A stretch of DNA of 32,811 nucleotides from Chloroflexota bacterium (GTDB lineage: Bacteria; Chloroflexota; Limnocylindria; Limnocylindrales; CSP1-4): contig VBFZ01000124.1 of assembly GCA_005880805.1 (NCBI GenBank), forward strand, positions 12,155-44,965, given 5' to 3'. Shown piece after piece: positions 1 through 7,622 of the stretch (positions within the stretch are counted from its first letter, which is position 1; each line of letters begins with the position of its first letter). The notes under the pieces were generated by a model. That model saw nothing but the letters and a program-made list of their open reading frames with translations. It made no database searches and was not told the DNA's origin. Made by a program: the position numbers and the translations under genes.

Positions 1-467
1 CCCTCGAGATGGTCGGTCGTCATGATGAGGGCGTCCTCGCCGTTGTCGCTGTAGTAGCTGGGACGCAGTCCGACTGGTCTGAAGCCGTACTTCTCGTACA
101 GCCGGCGGGCGGGCAGGTTCGAGAGCCTCACTTCCAGGGTGGCCTCGCGCGCGTGGCGCGCCAGGGCGAGGTCGAGCAGCGCGAGAAGCAGCCGCTCGCC
201 GATTCGCTGGCGGCGCCAGGGCGGATCGACGGCAAAGGTGGTGATGTGGGCTTCGTCGACCATCAGCCACATCCCGGCGTAGCCGACGACCTCGTCATCG
301 ACGCGAACCACCAGATACGTCGCGAGACGATTGGTCTCGATCTCCGTCCGGTACGCGTGCGGCGGCCACGGTGTGCTGAAGCTCCGCCGTTCGATGTCGT
401 GGACGGTCGGCAGGTCGGCGAGGCCCATCCCGTCGATGACAAACCTTACGGGCGGCCGTGCGACCAC
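1..467 (-). CDS. rimI: Ribosomal-protein-alanine N-acetyltransferase RimI (GNAT); 3' end truncated by the window edge
   Basis: Not in the ORF track; translated by hand from GTG at 467 behind SD AAGGAGAG: MVARPPVRFVIDGMGLADLPTVHDIERRSFSTPWP...GYAGMWLMVDEAHITTFAVDP...ATLEVRLSNLPARRLYEKYGF...YYSDNGEDALIM. Follows tsaE-tsaB as usual. Confidence 0.93.
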   Translation of the reverse strand, partial: MVARPPVRFVIDGMGLADLPTVHDIERRSFSTPWPPHAYRTEIETNRLATYLVVRVDDEVVGYAGMWLMVDEAHITTFAVDPPWRRQRIGERLLLALLDLALARHAREATLEVRLSNLPARRLYEKYGFRPVGLRPSYYSDNGEDALIMTTDHLE

Positions 468-1141
468 GCGATCTCTCCTTCGACGCGAGCGACCCCGCGC
501 GGCAACGTCACGTAATCGGGCACGAGCGCTGCGAGGTCGTCACCGCCCCGCTCCGCGAACCTCGCCGCTCCGAGCCGGACCAGCGCGCTGCCGAGGGCGG
601 CGACGGCCGCACCGCCAAGCTCGACGGCGTCGCTCGGTGCGCGTCCGTCGAGATCGACCGCGACGAGGCCTGTCCCGGGGGGCAGCTCGGGCTCCGTTCC
701 CCCTGGGAGGAGCGTGGCAGTCCCCTCGTTGACGAGAACGCGATCCGACGGACCGGCCGGAACCAGCAGGGCCAGCGGCGGCGCGGCGTGGCCGAGCTCA
801 CGGGCTGCAGCGTCGAGGAGCGCGGCGGCGGTAGACACCCCGACGATCGGGCGGCCCAGGCCGACCGCCAGGCCCTTCGCCGTGGCGAGGCCGACACGCA
901 GTCCCGTGAACGCGCCGGGGCCGGTTCCCACAATGACAGCCACGATCCGGGAAAGCCGGAAGTTGTTCTCGCTGACCACCCGCCTGATCGTGGGCAGGAG
1001 CGTTTCGCCGTGGCAGAAGCCCGGCAGCCACCAGGTTTCCGCGAGTCGCGTTCCATCACGAGCGCCCAGGGCGACCACGGCCTTGTTCGTTGCCGTATCG
1101 AGCGCCAGCAGGGCGTGCCGTCGTCCGTTCGCCTCGGCCAT
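446..1141 (-). CDS. tsaB: tRNA threonylcarbamoyladenosine biosynthesis protein TsaB
   Basis: LLALDTAT N-terminus, HGETL, VGTGPGAFTGLRVG motif; sits between tsaE and rimI. Confidence 0.93.
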   Translation of the reverse strand: MAEANGRRHALLALDTATNKAVVALGARDGTRLAETWWLPGFCHGETLLPTIRRVVSENNFRLSRIVAVIVGTGPGAFTGLRVGLATAKGLAVGLGRPIVGVSTAAALLDAAARELGHAAPPLALLVPAGPSDRVLVNEGTATLLPGGTEPELPPGTGLVAVDLDGRAPSDAVELGGAAVAALGSALVRLGAARFAERGGDDLAALVPDYVTLPRGVARVEGEIAWSHGRP

Positions 1142-1142
1142 G

Positions 1143-1619
1143 TCAGGAGGCCGCCTCCAGGAAGCGGACGTACGAATCGTCGCGAGCCTGGATGCGGATC
1201 TCGCGTGGATCGTCGCCGGTGCCCTCGAGCGTCACGTCCAATCGTGCCGCGGGCAGCGCCCCCGCCAGCCGATCCGCCCATTCGATGACGGTCACGCCCT
1301 CGGCCTGGCGCTCATCGAGGAGTCCGCCCGCCAGTGCCTCGGAAGCGTCGGCCAGGCGGTAGAGGTCGAGGTGGAACAGAGGCAGGCGTCCAGGGTATTC
1401 GGCCATCAGCACGAAGCTCGGCGAGTTGACGGTCTGCTGCACGCCGAGGCCCTTCGCAAACCCCTTCGCGAGCTGGGTCTTCCCGGCTCCGAGCTCGCCA
1501 TACAGCGCGATGACGTCGCCAGCCCGAGCCTTCGACGCGAGCGCGGACCCGAGCCTGCGCGTCGCGTCGGCGTCGCGGCTGGGAACGGCTCGCTCGAGGC
1601 GATCGAGGGTGGTCGACAT
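1143..1619 (-). CDS. tsaE: tRNA threonylcarbamoyladenosine biosynthesis ATPase TsaE
   Basis: Walker A GELGAGKT, VNSPSF, HLDLYRL, VIEWAD; start placed at ATG 1619, 6 nt below a TACCCT -10 box. Confidence 0.95.
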   Translation of the reverse strand: MSTTLDRLERAVPSRDADATRRLGSALASKARAGDVIALYGELGAGKTQLAKGFAKGLGVQQTVNSPSFVLMAEYPGRLPLFHLDLYRLADASEALAGGLLDERQAEGVTVIEWADRLAGALPAARLDVTLEGTGDDPREIRIQARDDSYVRFLEAAS

Positions 1620-1625
1620 GCGACG

Positions 1626-1631
1626 AGGGTA
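1626..1631 (-). promoter_or_regulatory. Putative -10 box (TACCCT) of a leaderless promoter for tsaE-tsaB-rimI
   Basis: TANNNT exactly 6 nt upstream of the ATG; no SD visible. Confidence 0.6.
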
Positions 1632-1673
1632 CCGGAAGCGCCTCCGGACGCCGCACACAGAGCGTCGGCGAGC

Positions 1674-1733
1674 CGGCCTCGGTCAGACGAAGACGAAGCC
1701 CTGGAGTCGGCCCGCGGCTTCGGTCAGACGAAG
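1674..1733. repeat. 19-nt direct repeat (18/19) duplicating the stop-codon region of the upstream hypothetical gene, with a 7-bp stem in the same region
   Basis: cggcctcggtcagacgaag (1674-1692) vs cggcttcggtcagacgaag (1715-1733); stem cgaagcc 1694-1700 / ggcttcg 1716-1722. Confidence 0.6.
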
Positions 1734-2716
1734 CGCTCGAGGTCGGCCAGCGGCACCGGCGTCGGCGGACCGTCGTCGAAGCGGACGAAGCCCGCCTCCA
1801 GGTGGACGGCCGCCCCGAAGCGTCGTGGCCCGGCGGGACCGGCCCAGCGACCCTCGCGACCCGCCATCGGCCCACTCGCCACCCTGACCCAGTCGGCGGG
1901 TGGCGTGGGTACCGATTCCACGCGACGGAAGAGGAGCTGTGGCGGATCGCCGACGATCGCCACCTCGTTGCCCTCCAGCGACGCGAGCAGCTCCATCACC
2001 GGCGAGGCAATCCGGCGGCGGAGCACGCCATCGAGGACGAGCACGGCGAACGGCGCCAGCTGGTGCACACTCGCGCGCTGCCGGCGCTCCGACGCCTCGA
2101 AGTCGCGCAAGTCCTTGCCGGACAGGGCGGCGACGACCACACCCCGAACGCCCATCGCGCGGGCCCGGGTCAGCGTCTCGGCCTCGACGCGCGACCCGAC
2201 CACCAGGATCGAGCCCGATCGACCGACGTCGAGGGCAGCCGGGCGGAGCTCGCCGTCGGCCCCGGTCGCGATTTCCAGCCGGCCGCGGCTCGGCCCGCCG
2301 ATCGCGAGGACGCCGGCGAGGGAGTCCGCGGCGGCCTCGACCACCAGCCCGGTCGCCGTGTCGGCCGAGCGGACGATGCCGCTGATCGGCGATTCGAGGG
2401 GCTCTCGCTGCCCGCCGCTCAGCAGCCACGTTCGCTGGCCCGCGCTCAGGAGCGGGCTGTCTCCGGCCTCTTCGCGGCGTCGCCGGCCAGTTTCCTCGAC
2501 GAGCGGGTCGCGGAGCCGGTCGGCCAGCAGGATTCCGGCCGAGATCGTCTGCCCGGGGGCGACCCGGACCGTGTCGGCCATCGAGAGCGGAAACCGGAGC
2601 GTCGGCGATCGCTGAACCAGCGGTCGAGCTGTCACCAGCCCGAGCCCGTTGGCCATTGCCACGCCGCCGCCGGTCCCGTTGTTGCCAGACGCGGGGTGAC
2701 CGATTGGTCCCGTCAT
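1724..2716 (-). CDS. Conserved hypothetical protein (330 aa): barrel-sandwich-hybrid-like N-terminus, central alpha/beta domain, C-terminal KOW/SH3-like motif; probable partner of the GlmL-like protein
   Basis: ATG 2716 overlaps the upstream stop (ATGA); VRVAPGQTISAG..LA and SPISGIV resemble biotinyl/RnfC-N half motifs; WVRVASGPMAGREG is KOW-like; ends VPLADLERF. Confidence 0.75.
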   Translation of the reverse strand: MTGPIGHPASGNNGTGGGVAMANGLGLVTARPLVQRSPTLRFPLSMADTVRVAPGQTISAGILLADRLRDPLVEETGRRRREEAGDSPLLSAGQRTWLLSGGQREPLESPISGIVRSADTATGLVVEAAADSLAGVLAIGGPSRGRLEIATGADGELRPAALDVGRSGSILVVGSRVEAETLTRARAMGVRGVVVAALSGKDLRDFEASERRQRASVHQLAPFAVLVLDGVLRRRIASPVMELLASLEGNEVAIVGDPPQLLFRRVESVPTPPADWVRVASGPMAGREGRWAGPAGPRRFGAAVHLEAGFVRFDDGPPTPVPLADLERFV

Positions 2717-4344
2717 GCTTCGAGGTCCGGCCACAGCGAGCGCTGCCATTCGGCGAGCTGGTCGCGCCGCCGATCCGAGCCCTCCGGGAGCCGGAGCGGA
2801 ACGTCGCGCAGGTCCACGATGAGACCGGCCAGTCCTCCGCTGACCTCGATCCCGAACTTGCGCCCGCGGGTGCCGACCGTGACAGGCTCCCGGAACTCGA
2901 GTTCGGCACTCGCCAGCTGACCGGGCGGAACGTCCACGATCTCGAGTCCTCCAGGGACCAGCTCCCGTTCCTGGGATCGCCCGTCCGACCGAACCGCGAT
3001 GCGCCCGATGGGCCGACCGCCCTTGAGGCCCTGCGCGACGACGACGCTCCCCACCGGAAGGAGCACTTCGTCCAGCAGGTCGTCGATGAGCTGGCGCCGT
3101 TCCCCGTCATCGTCGAGCGTCCCGAGTGGACCGAGAAGCCGGGCGTGATCGATGGCGAGCTGGGCCGCGCCGGATCGGCGGCGGATGTCGGCCAGCGCCA
3201 GGGCGATTGCCGGCGCAGGGCCCGAGGACCAGACTCCGCCGGTCGCCACGACCAGATCGGCGGGAGGCAGCGCGGAGATCGCCGGCGTGGCGTCGATCAG
3301 GCGCGAAACCGCGACTCGTGCCGCCGCCAGCCGCAGGAGCGCGCCGTCGCCCTGGGCATCCGCCCATGGGCGAAACCGCAGTTCGCGGAGCCTGTCGCGA
3401 AGCCGCGTGCGATCGAGCGGCAGCGTCGACCAGGCGAGGACCGCGTCCACGGTCGCCTCGTCCGGTTCCGGCGGGAACAGCGCCGCGGCCGCGCTCTCGG
3501 AAGCGAGCGATCCAGCTCCGGAGGGCTCCCCGGCAGAGGGCCATGCTGCCGCACGGAGGCCGCCGTCGAGGCCGATCTCGAGCGCTTCGACTCGCCGGTC
3601 GACTACTGCAGCCAGCGACTTCGTTGCCTGCGCAATCCCCTGTCGCCCGTCGTCCGGACGCGCGCGCAGTCCGCCCAGGAAGATCGTCAGCGGGGCTCCG
3701 GGAGGGTCCCCCGCGTTCGGCGCGGGCGCAAACAGGCGCTCGGGGGCCGGCCTGGCAGGAGCGGCCTCTGCATTCGACTCGGTGGTTCCGCTTTGTCCGC
3801 CGGACGCCGCGACTGCGCCGGACAGCACGAGTGGGAGGCCCGGCCGACGCTCAGCGATGGCGTCGGCGACGAGGTTGAGCTCCTCGAGCCGGCGGCGCTC
3901 GTCGCCGAGCGGCGGGTCGGCACATCCGATGAGGGCGGCGTCGACGCCTGGTGCGAGCGCGGCATCCACGAGCTTCAGGAGGTCGCCATGCTCGAGGCTC
4001 GCGGGGCGAACGCGCCATCCAGCCCGATCCGCCGCCGCGGCGAGCGAGTCGCGCCGCGCGTTCGTTGGGGCAAGCACGGCCAGCAGGCCTCGTGGCGCAG
4101 TCCGGGCGACCAGCCTGCCGATCGCGCTCGCTCTCGCGGGGATGGCAAGCTCTTCGACGATCTGCGGCGATGCCTCGCGAAGCCGGGCCAGGAGGAGGTC
4201 GAGCATCGGCTCGGGATCGCTGGTCGCCGGCATGGCCAGGCTGCCGAGGAGCCGCCATTGGCCCTGGAGGCGGCCGATCAGGGCTGCGGCTGTGGTGGCG
4301 GCGCCCAAGTCCAGCGTCAGGAATACGCGCGGGTCGCTCGTCAC
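2713..4344 (-). CDS. Glutamate mutase L (GlmL/MutL)-like actin-fold protein, divergent
   Basis: Phosphate-1-like LTLDLGAATT; degenerate phosphate-2 EIGLDGG; VVATGGVWS; extra C-terminal beta-rich domain ending GGLAGLIVDLRDVPLRLP...W; family recognised from memory. Confidence 0.7.
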   Translation of the reverse strand: MTSDPRVFLTLDLGAATTAAALIGRLQGQWRLLGSLAMPATSDPEPMLDLLLARLREASPQIVEELAIPARASAIGRLVARTAPRGLLAVLAPTNARRDSLAAAADRAGWRVRPASLEHGDLLKLVDAALAPGVDAALIGCADPPLGDERRRLEELNLVADAIAERRPGLPLVLSGAVAASGGQSGTTESNAEAAPARPAPERLFAPAPNAGDPPGAPLTIFLGGLRARPDDGRQGIAQATKSLAAVVDRRVEALEIGLDGGLRAAAWPSAGEPSGAGSLASESAAAALFPPEPDEATVDAVLAWSTLPLDRTRLRDRLRELRFRPWADAQGDGALLRLAAARVAVSRLIDATPAISALPPADLVVATGGVWSSGPAPAIALALADIRRRSGAAQLAIDHARLLGPLGTLDDDGERRQLIDDLLDEVLLPVGSVVVAQGLKGGRPIGRIAVRSDGRSQERELVPGGLEIVDVPPGQLASAELEFREPVTVGTRGRKFGIEVSGGLAGLIVDLRDVPLRLPEGSDRRRDQLAEWQRSLWPDLEA

Positions 4345-4350
4345 CCCGTA

Positions 4351-4356
4351 ATGCTA
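4351..4356 (-). promoter_or_regulatory. Putative -10 box (TAGCAT) of a leaderless promoter for the GlmL-like gene pair
   Basis: TANNNT 6 nt upstream of GTG 4344, within a 32-nt spacer. Confidence 0.6.
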
Positions 4357-4376
4357 CCCGCCAGCGGCGGGAGCTC

Positions 4377-4667
4377 TCAGGCGTCCCAGGCGATCTCTTC
4401 TTCGATCTCCTCGAGACGGGCGATCAGTTGCTCGATGCCGTCGTCGTCGGCCAGGATCTCGCTCGCCGACGCGAACTCGCCGCCGAACAGGCCGCGCAGC
4501 ACCGGATCGAAGAACAGCATCGCGTTCGGCCCGAGCGGCCGGTATGGCCGGCTGGCCTGCAGGAAGTGGACCGCGGGAGCGGTCAGTCCGCGCAGCTGGA
4601 TCTCGCGGGCCACCTGCTCCACCAGGTCGTCGCGCTGCTCCTGGACCTGCTCCGGCGGGAGAGTCAT
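4377..4667 (-). CDS. Small acidic helical hypothetical protein (96 aa)
   Basis: ATGA overlap with the macro gene stop; amphipathic helical pattern, GC3-rich codons. Confidence 0.8.
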   Translation of the reverse strand: MTLPPEQVQEQRDDLVEQVAREIQLRGLTAPAVHFLQASRPYRPLGPNAMLFFDPVLRGLFGGEFASASEILADDDGIEQLIARLEEIEEEIAWDA

Positions 4668-5227
4668 GCGCCCGACCCGCTCGATTGCCCGGCGATCGCG
4701 CCAGGCGGTTGCTCGGAGGCCGTGCTCGGTTCGGCCAGTGCCCGCTCGAACACGTGGTAGGCCGTCGCCCCGCGGAGGGCGAAGATCACGGCGTTGAGGC
4801 TCGGGGTCGCCGGAAGCTCCTCGCGCACGGTGCTGACCGTGATGCGCGCCCCCTCTTCGAGGGGGAACCCGCCTACGCCGGTGCCGAGCGCCGGGAAGGC
4901 GATGCTCGTCACGTTGTTCTCTCTCGCGCGCGCCATGGCGCTGCGCACGGCCTTCTCGATGACGGGCCCGCTCGTCCGCCGATCACGATCGAGCGAGACG
5001 GCATGGATCACGAGTCGGGCGGCCAGGGTGCCGGCGTTGGTGACGACCGCTTCACCGAGATCGATGGGACCCTGTCGAACGGCCGCGAACTCGATCGAGT
5101 CACCGCCCGCGCGCTTGATCGCCCCCCCGACGCCGGTGGCCATCCAGAGCGAGGGGTTGGCGGGGTTCACGATCGCGTCCACCTCGAGGTCGCAGATGTC
5201 TCCGTTCCAGAGTTCGATAGGCGCCAC
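4664..5227 (-). CDS. Macrodomain (ADP-ribose-binding / O-acetyl-ADP-ribose deacetylase-like) protein
   Basis: GDI, DAIVNPAN, GVGGAI, VIHAV, SIAFPALGTGVGGFP; GTG start with SD GGAGGAG. Confidence 0.92.
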   Translation of the reverse strand: MAPIELWNGDICDLEVDAIVNPANPSLWMATGVGGAIKRAGGDSIEFAAVRQGPIDLGEAVVTNAGTLAARLVIHAVSLDRDRRTSGPVIEKAVRSAMARARENNVTSIAFPALGTGVGGFPLEEGARITVSTVREELPATPSLNAVIFALRGATAYHVFERALAEPSTASEQPPGAIAGQSSGSGA

Positions 5228-6426
5228 GCGTAGGTCTCCTCCGTGAGCGTCCTCAGACCCACGGGTACGGCCGAGCGATAGTACACCCGGGCTACCCGCC
5301 GAGCCATCGCGGTCACCACCTCGTACGAGATGGTGGTGCGCCTCTGCGCCAAGTCCAGCGCCGTGATCCGATGCCCGTCCTGCTCGCCGAACAGCACGAA
5401 TTCGTCGTCCACGCCGACCGGTGGGCCGGGGACGTCGGTCACCTCGGCCATGACGGCGTCCATCGCGACCGTTCCGACCAGCGGGACGCGGACGCCGCGC
5501 ACGAGGGCCTCGGCGCGGTTCGAAAGCTCTCGGGGCCAGCCATCCCCGTAGCCGATCGGCAGCGTCGCAATGCGGCTGGGGCGGGAGGTCTCGAAGCTCG
5601 GCCCATAGCTCACCCCATGGCCGGCGGGCAGATCCACGACGCGGACCGCACGAGCGTGGAGTGACATGGCCGGCTCGAGGCGCTGCGCGGCCGCGATAAG
5701 GCTCGGATCCGCGGTCAGCCCGTCGGGGATGAGGCCGTAGGTCGAGAGGCCGAGTCGCACGCTGTCGAACGGCGGGACGCTCGCGGCCAGCAGGCCGCCG
5801 CTGGCCGCGATGTGGCGCAACGCGACGTCAGGATCCGAGGTACCCAGGGTTGCCAGGGCGCGCTCGAAGCGGGCGTGCTGCGCCGACGTCCGGCTCCGGT
5901 CACCGGCGGCCGAGAGGTGCGACCAGATGCCTGCCAGCCTCACGTCGGGTGCGTCGGCGATCGCGGCAAGCGCGTTTGGCAGATCGCCCTCGTCGAAGCC
6001 TCCCCGGCCCAGGCCCGTCTCGACCTCCACCTGAATCGTGAGAGGGTGACTCTGACTCGATCCCCCACCTCGACCGCGTCGGATGGCGGCGAGCGTCCGG
6101 GCGAGCAGGTCCATGTCGCCCGCGGTCAGTGCGACGTCGAGACCTGCGGCGTCCGGAGCGAGATCGGGCGGAACCGGGTAGAGGACGAGGATCGGGAGGC
6201 GGATTCCGCCTCGACGAAGCTCTACCGCCTCGTCCAGGGTCGCGACGGAGAAACCGTCCACGCCGCAGGTCTCGAGCCAGCTCGCCGTCCCGAGGGCGCC
6301 ATGCCCGTACGCGTCGGCCTTGACGACCGGCTCGAGGCGGACGCCGTGGGGCAGGCCGGATCGGATGGCGGCAGTGTTCGCCGAGAGGCGATCGAGGTCG
6401 ATCGCGAGCCACGCGGTGCGCGGCAA
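5167..6426 (-). CDS. alr: Alanine racemase (start uncertain: TTG 6426 or CTG 6504)
   Basis: AWLAIDLDRL, PLP-lysine motif VVKADAYGHG, catalytic Tyr in GVSYG, GYGDG, TISYEVVT. Confidence 0.93.
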   Translation of the reverse strand: MPRTAWLAIDLDRLSANTAAIRSGLPHGVRLEPVVKADAYGHGALGTASWLETCGVDGFSVATLDEAVELRRGGIRLPILVLYPVPPDLAPDAAGLDVALTAGDMDLLARTLAAIRRGRGGGSSQSHPLTIQVEVETGLGRGGFDEGDLPNALAAIADAPDVRLAGIWSHLSAAGDRSRTSAQHARFERALATLGTSDPDVALRHIAASGGLLAASVPPFDSVRLGLSTYGLIPDGLTADPSLIAAAQRLEPAMSLHARAVRVVDLPAGHGVSYGPSFETSRPSRIATLPIGYGDGWPRELSNRAEALVRGVRVPLVGTVAMDAVMAEVTDVPGPPVGVDDEFVLFGEQDGHRITALDLAQRRTTISYEVVTAMARRVARVYYRSAVPVGLRTLTEETYAWRLSNSGTETSATSRWTRS

Positions 6427-6500
6427 CGGTGGCAGGTCCGGGGCGGCCGTAGCGGTGACCGCCCCAGCTTCGGGTCGCGCCTGCCGTGACGGCTTCGGGA

Positions 6501-7622
6501 TCAGGAGCGACGACCGACCGTGGCCGGCGGCCGAACCTCGGCCGGAGTCGGAGCCTCGGCAGCCGCGGATTCGCGCCCCTCGGCCGATGCCTCCCGCACG
6601 CCGAACCCGACCGGCTTGCGAGTCTTCGGCAACAGGGCGGCCAGTCGCTTGCGTGCGAACGCGACCTGGTCGGGCAGATCCGAGGCGAGCAACCCGGCGT
6701 CTCCGAGGCGGTCGCGCACGGCCTCGCCTGCAAGCCCGTGGAGGTAGACGCCCAGGCGAGCCGCGGCGAACGGATCGAGTCCCTGGGCCAGGAGCGCGCC
6801 GATCACCCCCGCCAGGACGTCCCCGGTGCCGCCGCTGGCCATCGCCGGGTTCTCGAACGGCGCGACGGCGAGCGACCCGTCCGGCGAGGCGATGACCGTC
6901 CGCGCCCCCTTCAGGACCACGACCTGGCCCCATTCGGCCGCGGCCGCCCGGCTGACGCTGGCTCGCGCCGTGTCGTCGGCGACCAGGTCGCCATCGGTGT
7001 CGGCTTCGTGGCCGCTGCCGGCACGCAGGCGCGCGAACTCGCCCGCGTGCGGTGTCAGGACCGCGTGGCGTCGGGTGTTCTCCCACCAGCGGTCGGTCGA
7101 GGCGAGCGATCGCAGCGCCTCCGCGTCGAGAACGACCGGCGCGGGCGTTTGCTCGTCGGGCACCGCCAGCAGCGCTGCAATGAGCTCGCGGGTGGAGAGC
7201 CCCGGCCGCAGCCCGGGGCCGACGACCATCGCGTCGTGGTCGTGGTCCAGGATCCTGGCCAGGGCCTCCTCCGGCTCGACCTCCTCGACGTCGTCCTCCG
7301 GCAGTCCCATCGTGGTCGCCTCCACGACCTTTGCCGCGAAGAGCGGCTGGAGCGACTCGGGTATCGCCAACGTGACGAGGCCGACACCCCCGCGGCCGGC
7401 GGCGCGGCACACGAGGAGCGCCGCCCCCGCGTAGTCGAGCGAACCGGCAACGACGAGGAGCTTTCCGAAGGTGCCCTTATGGCCACGTTCGGGACGCTTG
7501 GGCACGAGCTGGGCGGCGGCGGCATCATCGAGCGTGACGGCCCCTTCGACGACGGGAACGGCCGCGGGCGACGTCGGATCGTCATGTCGCCGGCCGAACC
7601 CGAACGGTCCCCGGTCAGGCAC
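6501..7622 (-). CDS. nnrD: ADP/ATP-dependent NAD(P)H-hydrate dehydratase, stand-alone (no epimerase domain)
   Basis: HKGTFG..VVAGS..YAGA, GPGL, VLDAEAL, LTPHAGEFARL, VLKG, ASGGTGDVLAG; GTG 7622 chosen for SD GGAGG. Confidence 0.93.
   Translation of the reverse strand: MPDRGPFGFGRRHDDPTSPAAVPVVEGAVTLDDAAAAQLVPKRPERGHKGTFGKLLVVAGSLDYAGAALLVCRAAGRGGVGLVTLAIPESLQPLFAAKVVEATTMGLPEDDVEEVEPEEALARILDHDHDAMVVGPGLRPGLSTRELIAALLAVPDEQTPAPVVLDAEALRSLASTDRWWENTRRHAVLTPHAGEFARLRAGSGHEADTDGDLVADDTARASVSRAAAAEWGQVVVLKGARTVIASPDGSLAVAPFENPAMASGGTGDVLAGVIGALLAQGLDPFAAARLGVYLHGLAGEAVRDRLGDAGLLASDLPDQVAFARKRLAALLPKTRKPVGFGVREASAEGRESAAAEAPTPAEVRPPATVGRRS

Noticed and set aside
2713-4344. DNA mismatch-repair MutL
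   Set aside because: Name coincidence only; no GHKL ATPase motifs. The resemblance is to glutamate-mutase-associated MutL/GlmL.
714-4797. Long plus-strand ORFs (633 aa at 714-2615, 713 aa at 2656-4797)
   Set aside because: Antisense shadows of real minus-strand genes; Arg/Ala/Ser/Pro-rich with no motifs, as expected where stop codons are scarce in high-GC DNA.
6505-7410. Apparent ~300-aa N-terminal extension of Alr (747-aa ORF)
   Set aside because: It is an alternative frame of nnrD with low-complexity Arg/Gly/Pro content; not a fusion.
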